Source: an uncultured Solirubrobacteraceae bacterium (lineage in GTDB: Bacteria; Actinomycetota; Thermoleophilia; Solirubrobacterales; Solirubrobacteraceae). From it: DNA of 64,000 bases. A model generated the notes under the pieces. That model made no database searches. It was not told where the DNA came from and worked only from the letters and a program-made list of their open reading frames with translations. The position numbers and the translations under genes were made by a program. The first letter of the stretch is position 1. The number at the start of each line of letters is the position of its first letter. This document shows positions 9,721 through 18,378 of the stretch, in pieces. The stretch covers positions 75,139 through 139,138 of the forward strand of contig CAWCBZ010000005.1 in NCBI GenBank assembly GCA_963793935.1, given 5' to 3'.

Positions 9721-11132
9721 GCGATCAACTCGGGGATCGTTCCGTACGGGCTCGAGCCGGCTTGGCCACTGCCCGCGCCGGGAATCACCAGTCCGGCCTC
9801 GGTCTGAAACCACTGAGCCAGCAGCGCCGCGTACATCGCGCGGAAGTCCGACGTGTTGAGCAGGTTTTCGTTGGCGTCGAGTTTGCTCAGACCGGGAAAC
9901 TCGCCGACCATTTCGCCCTTGACGCGCGAGCCGATGAGAAAGGCCACGCCGGCGGCGCCGTGATCGGTGCCCGAGCCGTTTTCGCGCGGACGGCGGCCGA
10001 ACTCCGACCACAGCTGCACGAGCACGCGTTTGTCCAGCCCGCGCGCTTCCAGATCGCGCTGAAAGGCCACCACCGATTCGATCGTCTGCCCGAGGTTCGT
10101 GCTCAGCGTGTCGACCTCGTCGGAGTGCGTGTCATAGGAGCCGACTGCGCTCAGCGAGACGCATTTGATCGGCAGCGCTTCGTCGTCGAGCATCGCCGCC
10201 AGCGCCGCCAGACGCTGCGGGAACTCGCCGCCGCTGGTCGGGTAGGACACCGGCGAGGTGAAACCGGGTTTTCCTTCGTGTTCGCCGAACGGCGCGATCT
10301 GGTTGCGGATCACGTTCGTGTTCAGCGATGCCGCACGTGCCTGTGCGAAGGCCGGCGAGGGAGCGCCCAGCGCGCCGAGAGCGCCGAACGCGTCGAGCGT
10401 CGGCGAGGTCAGCGGTTCGCCCAGGCCGTATGCCCAGAAGTCGTAGTCCGAGGGAGATGACACGGCCGCGACGGGCACGCGCGTGGTGGCCAGCGCCGGC
10501 GCCAGCGAGTAATCCAGCGACAGCCCCTGCAGCGGGTTGCCGGGGTCTCCGGCGACATCGAGGTAGCGGCCCATCCAGCCCGAGCGCGTCTGCGCGTTCA
10601 GTTCGCCGACCTCCCAGTAGTGGCGGCTGGTGAAGTGGCTCTCGTCGGGCGGGTCGTAGCCGATCGCCGGGAACACCGTGACCTTGCCCTCGCCGTGCAG
10701 CTGCGCCAATCCGGCCGCCTGCGGGTGCCACATCAGCGCTTCGTCCTCGGCGAACTCGACGCCTTCGCCTTCGGCGCGCGCGAGCGTCGGTCGCAGTTCG
10801 TGGTACTTGGCTTCGCGCACCGGAGCGAGCACCGACAGCGCATCCCAGCCGCCTTCCATGAAGATCGATACGAGCACCGGCTGATCCGGCGGCGCGGCCG
10901 CGGCGGCTTGGGCGATGCCCTCCTCGAAGTGCTGCGGCGAGAGCGCCGAGGCGCCGTACACCGCGAGCAGCGCGCCGGCCGAGCGCAGCAAAAACGAGCG
11001 CCGGTCCATGCCGCTGCCGGCCGGCAACGGCTGGCCCGGCTCGATCGAGGGAAGCCCGCGTCCCGCGCGCGCGACACCCGCGCGCAGCAGCTGAGCGCGA
11101 GTGAAGTCGTTGCAGGAGCAGCTCGCGGCCAC
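9717..11132 (-). CDS. DUF1501 family protein (Tat-signal, sulfatase-like fold)
   Basis: Twin-arginine motif MDRRSFLLRSAGALLAV preceded by the conserved CSCNDFTRAQLLR N-terminal segment seen in DUF1501 proteins. C-terminal HGG/DHG motifs. GTG start at 11132 lies 2 nt after the DUF1800 stop. Confidence 0.75.
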   Translation of the reverse strand: MAASCSCNDFTRAQLLRAGVARAGRGLPSIEPGQPLPAGSGMDRRSFLLRSAGALLAVYGASALSPQHFEEGIAQAAAAAPPDQPVLVSIFMEGGWDALSVLAPVREAKYHELRPTLARAEGEGVEFAEDEALMWHPQAAGLAQLHGEGKVTVFPAIGYDPPDESHFTSRHYWEVGELNAQTRSGWMGRYLDVAGDPGNPLQGLSLDYSLAPALATTRVPVAAVSSPSDYDFWAYGLGEPLTSPTLDAFGALGALGAPSPAFAQARAASLNTNVIRNQIAPFGEHEGKPGFTSPVSYPTSGGEFPQRLAALAAMLDDEALPIKCVSLSAVGSYDTHSDEVDTLSTNLGQTIESVVAFQRDLEARGLDKRVLVQLWSEFGRRPRENGSGTDHGAAGVAFLIGSRVKGEMVGEFPGLSKLDANENLLNTSDFRAMYAALLAQWFQTEAGLVIPGAGSGQAGSSPYGTIPELIA

Positions 11133-11134
11133 GG

Positions 11135-12769
11135 TCAGCTCACCTGCAGGTCGGGTGAGGTTGCGATCAGCATGCGCAGGGCGTTCTGGCGCATCGCCCG
11201 GTAGGGGCTCTTTTGCCATTTGGCCGTGACCAGGCCCTGCAGGCAGGACTGTGCGAAGACTTCGATCGAGGCCAGCGTTTCACCCGACAGCGCAGGGTTG
11301 CCCCAGTAGGCCAGCGCGGCTGCAAGAGCGGCGGCCGGTTCCTCGGTTTCGCTGTACTTCGCTTCGCCCGCGCCGGGCCACGGGTTGGGGTAGGTCTTGG
11401 CCGTTACGTAGCTCGCCAGTTCCCAGCGTGCCTTGGCCGTGGACGTGTCGAGCCAGCGCGTGAAGTCCCACCCGGACACGTTGGGCGGGTAGAACAGCTG
11501 CTGGCCAGCGCCGCTGCACAGCCATGACCATGCTGTCGTGTCGATCGGCCGGCCGATCGCGCGCAGCAGTCCGGCGTTGTAGACGACCGGCGGCGTGACC
11601 AGCTCCGGCCCTTCGAGGAAGTCCGGGTGCGCGAGAATCGCCTCGACGACCGGCCGGATCTGATGGCCCGAGCCGAGATACAGGCCCTGCAGCGACGCCA
11701 GCGTCTGCTCTGACGGCGGCGTCGGCACGAAGTATCCCCACAGCTTGGCGACGAAGAACGAGGCGTGCAGCGGGTGTCCCAGGCACAGGTTGACGGCGTC
11801 TTCCCACCCCCACTTGCCCGTCTGTCCGAAGATCGTCTTGTTCGCGTTGTCGTGGCGCGAGGCGACGTAGCGAAAGTTCTGCAGGCCGTTGCTTTCGGTC
11901 CAATCGGCGGTCCAGCCGGTGAGCGCGCGAGCCATTTCGCGTACGTCGTCCTCGGTGTAGGCGCCGCGGTCGGCGCCCAACGAGAACAGCTCCATCATCT
12001 CGCGCGCGTAGTTCTCGTTGGGGTCCCAGCGGTCGTTGTAGATCCCGTCGAGGAACACCAGCATCGCCGGGTCGACCGTGACGGCCATGAACAGGTCGTG
12101 AAAGCTGCCCAGCGCGTGTTCGCGAAACAGCGCGTTCTGATCGAGCATGCGCTGCTGGCTGTTGACCTTCTCGTTGGAGTTGGCAAACCAGTCGTGCCAG
12201 ATGAACGTCATCCGCTCGACCAGCTGCTGGTCGGAGCGCACCATGCGGTCCAGCCACCAGCAGTGATCCTCGCCCCACGCGTCGGCGGGAGCCAACGCCC
12301 TGCCTTCATCGTCGGTCGGCGCCGGGCCGTGCAGCACGGCGGCGCCGTTGGGGCGCGTGAGCGCCTGCACGGCCGCTTCGACCGGCTGGCCCGCGAGCGA
12401 CTCCGCCTGCCCGGGCGTCGGACCGAAGCCCGCCCGCCACAACAGCCGGCGAGCCTGCGCGGCCGTCAGCTGGGCGGTGACCGCCGGCGGCGCCACGGTC
12501 GAGGGCGAGGGCGGGTTGGCGGGGATCGGCGGCGGCGCCGGGGCTCCCGGCAGTCCCGCGGCGCTGGGCGCGGTCGCGGCTGCGGTTGGCTGGACGTGGG
12601 CGGCGGTCTTCTTGTGGTGCTTGCGGCGGCGGCGATGCCTGCGGTGGTGGTGCTTGCCGGGCTTCGACGTCTTGCCGTGTTTGGCCCGCGAGTCGCCGGC
12701 GGCGGCCTTGTTCCTGGCCGATCGCGCCCGCTCGCCCGAGCCGTTTCCCGCGCTCGGTCCCGAGCTCAT
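11135..12769 (-). CDS. DUF1800 family protein
   Basis: The long conserved core (LLWRAGFG, FIWHDWFANSN, ELFSLG, HDxxxKT) fits DUF1800, which is canonically paired with DUF1501. The listed N-terminus carries an unusual His/Arg/Lys-rich stretch, so the start is uncertain. Confidence 0.75.
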   Translation of the reverse strand: MSSGPSAGNGSGERARSARNKAAAGDSRAKHGKTSKPGKHHHRRHRRRRKHHKKTAAHVQPTAAATAPSAAGLPGAPAPPPIPANPPSPSTVAPPAVTAQLTAAQARRLLWRAGFGPTPGQAESLAGQPVEAAVQALTRPNGAAVLHGPAPTDDEGRALAPADAWGEDHCWWLDRMVRSDQQLVERMTFIWHDWFANSNEKVNSQQRMLDQNALFREHALGSFHDLFMAVTVDPAMLVFLDGIYNDRWDPNENYAREMMELFSLGADRGAYTEDDVREMARALTGWTADWTESNGLQNFRYVASRHDNANKTIFGQTGKWGWEDAVNLCLGHPLHASFFVAKLWGYFVPTPPSEQTLASLQGLYLGSGHQIRPVVEAILAHPDFLEGPELVTPPVVYNAGLLRAIGRPIDTTAWSWLCSGAGQQLFYPPNVSGWDFTRWLDTSTAKARWELASYVTAKTYPNPWPGAGEAKYSETEEPAAALAAALAYWGNPALSGETLASIEVFAQSCLQGLVTAKWQKSPYRAMRQNALRMLIATSPDLQVS

Positions 12770-12943
12770 GCGTCGTCCTGCGAGCCTTGCGCCCGCACGA
12801 CGCGTCCCCCGATGGCCACCGTGCCTCCCATCCGCCCGAGCCTGGCAGACGGCGGCGCCCGCGCGGCCGTCTGTGGGCGAGGTTCGACGTTTGTACGACG
12901 CGCGGCGCGCCCGCTGCCGGCGATCGTTGTCGAGCGCGCCGAA

Positions 12944-12977
12944 CGGCCGCCCACAGCCTCGATCGGCTGCGGGCGGC
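12944..12977 (-). terminator. GC-rich stem-loop downstream of SGNH hydrolase gene
   Basis: 14-bp inverted repeat ggccgcccacagcc / ggctgcgggcggcc (1 mismatch) around loop tcgatc, about 25 nt after the stop at 13002. No U-tract. Confidence 0.35.
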
Positions 12978-13001
12978 CAGCCGCGCTCAGCGCGCTACGA
13001 C

Positions 13002-13778
13002 TTAGATGACGGCTTTGACGAGCGTCGTGAACTCGCCCTGCCCGCTCACGTTCGGGTGATAGCTTTCTTCGAGCGGGTTGGACTGGCCGTTGAGCCACTC
13101 AGAGGTTGAGCACACCTCGTGTGCTTCGAACGGCACGGTCGGATTGACAAAGGTGAATTTCATCGCTTCCGCGCGCGCCTTGATCGCGGCATCGAGTTTT
13201 TCGGCCGTTTCGTTGAGTTTCTTCTCGTTGCCCGACGTCAGCAGGTTGACGTTGCAGGTCTTGCCTTCTTTGGTGAACAGCTTGGGATAGCCGAGCACGA
13301 CGACTTTCGCGGTGGTCGCTTTGGCGCGGATGTCTTTGTAGGTCGTTTCGAGCAGAGCCGGCAGTTTGTTGGCGATGAAGCCGTTTGCTTCGCTGATCGC
13401 CGAGCCGCAGGTGATGAAGTACAGCGCGCAGTTGACGATGACGTTGGAGAAGCCCGCATCGTTGCCGCCGATCGTGATCGTCACGAGCGCGGTCGAGCTG
13501 CTGAGCGTGCCGAGCTGTTTGCTGTTGACGTCGGTCGTCTTGGCGCCGCTGCATGCCTGGAAGCTCAGCGTGTAGCCGTTGGCGGCGGCGACCAGCGGAC
13601 CGTAGGCTTTCGGGCTGCGCTTGCAGCTGCCCGATTCTTCATAGAACACGCGTGTTCCCACGCCCGACGAGTAGGAGTCGCCCAAGGCGACGTACTGCGA
13701 GGCGGCGGCCGAAGCGGCCGGTACGAGCACTGCTGCGAGGACGGCGACGACGCCGACCCAGCGCGCTTGCTTTCTCAT
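13002..13778 (-). CDS. Secreted SGNH/GDSL-family hydrolase (lipase/esterase)
   Basis: Signal peptide, then block I GDSYSSG, block III GGND and block V HPN. Noticeably more A-ending codons (aaa, gaa) than neighbours. Confidence 0.75.
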   Translation of the reverse strand: MRKQARWVGVVAVLAAVLVPAASAAASQYVALGDSYSSGVGTRVFYEESGSCKRSPKAYGPLVAAANGYTLSFQACSGAKTTDVNSKQLGTLSSSTALVTITIGGNDAGFSNVIVNCALYFITCGSAISEANGFIANKLPALLETTYKDIRAKATTAKVVVLGYPKLFTKEGKTCNVNLLTSGNEKKLNETAEKLDAAIKARAEAMKFTFVNPTVPFEAHEVCSTSEWLNGQSNPLEESYHPNVSGQGEFTTLVKAVI

Positions 13779-13943
13779 CTCACTCCCCCTGTTCGCGATG
13801 CTTTTGTGTGCGCCCAGGGACGCTCAGCGCGCCGCATCGCGCGCATGCCGATCCCCAACGGCGCGGACGAGCGCAACCTATCCGCGCCGCCAGACGGCCG
13901 TCAAGCACGCGTCGGCGTGCGGCGCCCACATATGTTCTGACGC

Positions 13944-14396
13944 GTGAGCGAGCTCTACTTCGCCTATGCCAACAACATGGCGTCTGAGACGATGCAGCGG
14001 CTGTGTCCGGGACATCGCTTCGCCGGGGTCGCCGAGCTGCGAAATCACCGGCTCGCCTTCACGCGCCGCTCGATCCGCAGCGGCACGGGCGTCGCCGACA
14101 TCGTGCGCGCCGACGGTCAGAGCGTGTGGGGCGTGCTCTACGAGCTCGATGCGGCGATGCTCGCGGTGCTCGACGAAAAAGAGGGAAACGGCTGGGCCTA
14201 CCGGCGCGATCTCGTGTCGCTGACGGGCGCGCGCGGAGAGGACTTGGTGGCGCTGGCCTACTCGGTGATCGCCAGGGAGCCCGCCGAAGTGCGCCCGTCG
14301 CCGGAGTACCTGCGCGGCGTGCTCGAGGCGGCGCGCGAGCGCCTGCTGCCCGACCCCTACATCGCTGCGTTGGCCGCGATGTGGGAGCCGCTATAG
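13944..14396 (+). CDS. Gamma-glutamylcyclotransferase (AIG2/GGCT-like) family protein
   Basis: N-terminal YFAYANNM (compare YFAYGSNM) and E-containing core typical of the GGCT fold. 150 aa. Confidence 0.6.
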   Translation: MSELYFAYANNMASETMQRLCPGHRFAGVAELRNHRLAFTRRSIRSGTGVADIVRADGQSVWGVLYELDAAMLAVLDEKEGNGWAYRRDLVSLTGARGEDLVALAYSVIAREPAEVRPSPEYLRGVLEAARERLLPDPYIAALAAMWEPL

Positions 14397-14438
14397 GATC
14401 GACGCCTCCGATCGCCGCACAGGCGCCGAGCACTGGCC

Positions 14439-16628
14439 GTGTCCACGTCAACTCTCCGAACGACCGAAGCAGGCCCGCCGCGACGCGGGCGCACGGCCGC
14501 CAGCATCGCACTGGCGATTCTCGCCACGCTCATTGTGGTCCTCGGCGGGACCTGCCTCTACGTGCGCCAGCAACTGCTCGACTCGCACGCCTTCGCCAAT
14601 CGCACCGTTTCAGCGTTCGCGCGCGAGCCGGTGCGTCGGGTCGTGGCGCGCGAGATCGTCGTGCAGGCGATCGACAAGAGCTCGCCCGATCTGATCGCCG
14701 CGCGGCCCGTGATCACATCGGTCGTCGAGACGGCTGTGGCGACGCGCCAGTTTCGTTCGCTGATGCACACCGTCGCCGAACAGGCCCACCGGCTGCTCTT
14801 TCAGCGCGGCGGGAACGTTGCGTTCAGCATCGCCGATGCGGGCACGGTGGTCATCTCGGCGCTGCGCACGCTCGCGCCGAAGATCGCCGCGAAGATCCCG
14901 CCCAACCTCGACGTGCGGCTGCTGGATCTGCGCCGCCGGAGCTTCGCCGTGCGCGCGCTGCGCTACGCCGACGACATCCGCACACTCGGCGTCGTGCTGC
15001 CGTTCGTGGCGCTCGCGCTGTTCGCGCTGGCGGTGGCCGTCGCGCCGCGCCGGCGACTGGCGATCACCCGCTGCGCGGTCGCGCTGGCCGTCGCCGCGCT
15101 GGCGGTGTTCGTAGACCTCGCGCTGCTGCGCCACACCACGCTGTCGAACCTGTTCGGCGCCGAAGAGCTCACCAACGCCGACGTGCGCGCGGCCGCCGGA
15201 GCGCTGTGGGACTCCTACATCGGCGGGCTGTCCACGTGGGCTCTGTTGGTCGCCGCCGCCGGCGCCGTGCTCGCGGCGGCGGCCGCCAACGTGCTGCGCC
15301 CCTACGCGGCGGTCGAGAGCTTCTCGCGCATCCGCCGCCGCGCCTGGCCGCCGAGAACGCGCGGCGGCCGCGTCGTCATCGGCCTCGCCGCACTCGTCGG
15401 CGGCGCTCTGCTGATCTCCTGGCCGACGCTGGCGCTCGATGTCGTGGTCGTGCTGGGCGGCCTGCTGCTTTTGTACTTCGGGGCGGGCGAGCTGCTTTCG
15501 GCGGTCGGCGTCGCCGGCGAGGACGAACGCATCACGCTGGGGCGCAGCCGCGTCGGAGCGCTCGCCGCAACGGCGAGTCTGGGCGTGTTGATCGGCGGCG
15601 CGGCGATCGCGCTCGCCGGCGCCGGGCCGTCCGCCTCGCGCCCGCCGACGCTCGCCCATCTGACCTGCAACGGCTACGCCCAGCTGTGCGATCGGCGCAT
15701 CGATCAGGTCGCCTTCGCGGGCGTGCACAATGCGATGTCCGCGGCGGACTCGCCGGGTTGGCTGATCGCCAACCAGGCGCACGGCATCGCACGACAGCTC
15801 GACGACGGCATCAGGGCCTTCAAGATCTCCACGCACTACGGCATCGGCTCGAAGCCCGGTCACGTGCGCACCGACATCACGGCCGAGGGAGCACGCGCCA
15901 ACCGCGTGTCGGAGAAGCTCAGCAATGAAGCGCGCACGGCGCTTCAGCGCTTCAGCGGCTCGCTCGGCTTCGGCTCGGCCAAGGGCAAGCCGGCGGTCTG
16001 GCTGTGCCACACGCTCTGCGAGTTGGGCGCCACGAGCATGGCCAGCTTCCTCGGCACGGTCGCGAAGTTCCTCAAGGAGAACCCCGACCAGGTGTTGATC
16101 TTCTTCGATGAGGACTACGTCTCCGAACGCTCGCTGCAGGATGAATTCAAGCGCGCCGGGCTGTTCAGCCATCTCGCCGTGCTGCGCGAGGGCCAGCAGC
16201 TGCCGACGCTCGGCGAGCTGGTGCGCTCGCAGCACAACTTGCTGGTGTTCACGCAGGAGCCGGTCAGCGGGCGCTACCCGTGGAACATGTACGGCTTCAA
16301 GTTCATCCAGGACACGCCGCTGGGCGCGGTCAAGCCCAAGCAGTTCACCTGCCGGCTCAATCGTGGCCTGCCGGCCAATCCGCTGCTGATGATGAACGAC
16401 TGGGCCGACGTGTTCCCGCCACGGCGCAGCCCCAACCTGCCGCTGACAAAGCGTGCGTTCATCCTGCACCGCGCGCGCCAGTGCGAGTCAGAACGCCGCC
16501 ACATTCCCAACCTGATCCTCACCGATTTCTACAACAGCGGCGACGTCGTCGGAGCCGCGCGAGTGCTCAACGGCCTCGGCGATCTCAAGCCCGCGCCGAT
16601 CGTGTCGCTCGAGCGTCTAGGCGGCTGA
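14439..16628 (+). CDS. Polytopic membrane protein with C-terminal PLC-like phosphodiesterase domain
   Basis: About 8 predicted TM helices in the N-terminal 400 aa. The C-terminal approx. 300 aa has FAGVHNAMS and a second His in ISTHYG, resembling PI-PLC X-box catalytic motifs. Confidence 0.45.
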   Translation: MSTSTLRTTEAGPPRRGRTAASIALAILATLIVVLGGTCLYVRQQLLDSHAFANRTVSAFAREPVRRVVAREIVVQAIDKSSPDLIAARPVITSVVETAVATRQFRSLMHTVAEQAHRLLFQRGGNVAFSIADAGTVVISALRTLAPKIAAKIPPNLDVRLLDLRRRSFAVRALRYADDIRTLGVVLPFVALALFALAVAVAPRRRLAITRCAVALAVAALAVFVDLALLRHTTLSNLFGAEELTNADVRAAAGALWDSYIGGLSTWALLVAAAGAVLAAAAANVLRPYAAVESFSRIRRRAWPPRTRGGRVVIGLAALVGGALLISWPTLALDVVVVLGGLLLLYFGAGELLSAVGVAGEDERITLGRSRVGALAATASLGVLIGGAAIALAGAGPSASRPPTLAHLTCNGYAQLCDRRIDQVAFAGVHNAMSAADSPGWLIANQAHGIARQLDDGIRAFKISTHYGIGSKPGHVRTDITAEGARANRVSEKLSNEARTALQRFSGSLGFGSAKGKPAVWLCHTLCELGATSMASFLGTVAKFLKENPDQVLIFFDEDYVSERSLQDEFKRAGLFSHLAVLREGQQLPTLGELVRSQHNLLVFTQEPVSGRYPWNMYGFKFIQDTPLGAVKPKQFTCRLNRGLPANPLLMMNDWADVFPPRRSPNLPLTKRAFILHRARQCESERRHIPNLILTDFYNSGDVVGAARVLNGLGDLKPAPIVSLERLGG

Positions 16629-16655
16629 GCGCGTCGCGCCGGCTGATTCACCGCG

Positions 16656-17174
16656 ATGCGTGAGCTGCGCCACATCGACCCGCACAAGCGACGCGGGCGC
16701 CTCTATTACACGGTCGCGAGGCTGTCGGCGACGAAGTTCGGCGCCTGGTTCTCAGTGCATATCGCGTGGAAGCTCGACCCTTTTCTGCTGAAGCTCACGG
16801 GCGGGCGCTTGAGCACGGCGGGTCCGCTGGCCGTGGCGCTGCTGGAGTCGCGCGGCGCGCGCAGCGGCCGACCGCGGCGCAACGCGACGCTGTACTTCCA
16901 CGACGGCGACCGCGTGACGATCGTCGCGTCAAAGCGCGGGTTGCCTGAGCACCCAGGCTGGTATTACAACCTGCGCGAGAACCCGGACGTCGTGTACGGA
17001 GGTCTTCCGTTTCGTGCCGAGCTCGTGCAGGACGAGAGCGAGCGCGGACGACTCTGGGAACTGGCCGACCGTGTCTTTCCCGAGTACGCGGACTATCGCG
17101 AGCGCGCGGCCAAGGCCGGCCGGGTCATTCCGATCTTCCAGCTGACGCGCCGCGGCGATGCCGATCGGACATAG
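16656..17174 (+). CDS. Deazaflavin (F420)-dependent nitroreductase-family oxidoreductase
   Basis: The PGWYYNLRENP motif and approx. 170-aa size are characteristic of the Ddn/DUF385 family. Confidence 0.65.
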   Translation: MRELRHIDPHKRRGRLYYTVARLSATKFGAWFSVHIAWKLDPFLLKLTGGRLSTAGPLAVALLESRGARSGRPRRNATLYFHDGDRVTIVASKRGLPEHPGWYYNLRENPDVVYGGLPFRAELVQDESERGRLWELADRVFPEYADYRERAAKAGRVIPIFQLTRRGDADRT

Positions 17175-17183
17175 GATCACGCC

Positions 17184-17729
17184 ATGCCCGACCGCCTCTA
17201 CTTCACCGAGTCCGACGCGGCCAACGAGCTGATCGCGCAGGACGCGATGGCGCTGCTGATCGGCTTCGCGCTGGATCAGCAGGTCTCCGTGCAGAAGGCG
17301 TTCTCCGGCCCACTCGCGCTGCGCGAGCGCCTCGGCTCGCTCGACGCGAGGAAGCTCGCGGCGGCGGACCTCGAGCCGTTGTTTCGTGAGAAACCGGCGA
17401 TCCACCGTTTTCCCGGCGCGATGGCCAAGCGCGTGCACGAGCTCGCGGTGCACGTGATCGACAACTACGACGGCGACGCCGCGCGTGTGTGGAACGACGC
17501 GTCAGACGGCGACGCGTTGCGCGCGAACATCGCGGCGCTGCCGGGCTTCGGCGAGATGAAGATCAAGTCGCTCGGCGCGGTGCTGGCCAAGCGCTACAAG
17601 CTGAAGTCGGCCAAGGCGCTGGTGCCGTCCCACCCCACGCTCGGCGACGTCGACTCTGCGCAGGCGCTGGTCGACTATCAGGCGGCCAAGCGCGCGCACA
17701 AGGCCGAGTGGTCGAAGGCGCGGCTGTGA
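17184..17729 (+). CDS. HhH-GPD-type base-excision DNA repair protein
   Basis: N-terminal ...FTESDAANELIAQDAMALLIGFALDQQVSVQKAFSGPLALRERLG matches the short actinobacterial HhH-GPD family. Confidence 0.55.
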   Translation: MPDRLYFTESDAANELIAQDAMALLIGFALDQQVSVQKAFSGPLALRERLGSLDARKLAAADLEPLFREKPAIHRFPGAMAKRVHELAVHVIDNYDGDAARVWNDASDGDALRANIAALPGFGEMKIKSLGAVLAKRYKLKSAKALVPSHPTLGDVDSAQALVDYQAAKRAHKAEWSKARL

Positions 17730-17739
17730 CGGACGCGCG

Positions 17740-18351
17740 CTAGCTTCGCGGCGCGAGCGCCACGCGCGAGAGCTGCGGGTAGGTGGCGCGATAGCCGCGC
17801 CGGCGCGCCAGCGGGGCGATCGCGCCGAAGACGACGCGCTGAACCGCCGGCGGCGGCTTGCGCAACACCATCACGTCGCTGAACTCCTGCGCGAACAGCG
17901 CAAGCTGCAGGGGGTGCGGCAAGCCCTTGGCGTTGGTGTGTCCCAGGCGCGCGAGCCCGAACAGCGTCTCGATCATGTGGGCGAAGCGCTCGCCCGGCGT
18001 GACCTCCACGCGCACGCGCGCGTCGCGGTCAGCGGCGTTCCACCAGTCGTGCCACACGCCCGGCTCGATGACGGCCGTCTCGCCCTCGCGCAGCGTGGTC
18101 GTCTGCCCATCCCGCTTGACGGTCAGCTCACCCTCGAGCACGGTGAAGCGCTCGACCAGCGCTGGATGGAGGTGCTCGCCGACCACCCGCGCCCCCACGA
18201 GAGCGTTCAGCTCGGCGACCGCGCGTCCCTCGGGATTCGTGTGGGGAGGCTCGAGCAGTATCGCCCGCTCGCGCGTGACCGGGTTCTCCCAGACCTCACC
18301 GATCTCAATCGGCCTCAGGTCAGGCGGGGCGTCCGGGTCAGGGTGCGACAC
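17740..18351 (-). CDS. Cupin domain protein
   Basis: Two-His cupin motif region (GEHLHP ... VWHDWWN) in a 203-aa protein. Confidence 0.55.
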   Translation of the reverse strand: MSHPDPDAPPDLRPIEIGEVWENPVTRERAILLEPPHTNPEGRAVAELNALVGARVVGEHLHPALVERFTVLEGELTVKRDGQTTTLREGETAVIEPGVWHDWWNAADRDARVRVEVTPGERFAHMIETLFGLARLGHTNAKGLPHPLQLALFAQEFSDVMVLRKPPPAVQRVVFGAIAPLARRRGYRATYPQLSRVALAPRS

Positions 18352-18378
18352 GCGCCGCGGAGTGTACGCCGCGAACGA

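Noticed and set aside
14003-16469. Long ORFs 14003-15928 (+) and 14610-16469 (-) overlapping the membrane/PLC-like gene
   Set aside because: Arg/Gly/Ala-rich low-complexity translations, typical of shadow ORFs in 70% GC DNA. The chosen frame has TM helices and catalytic motifs.
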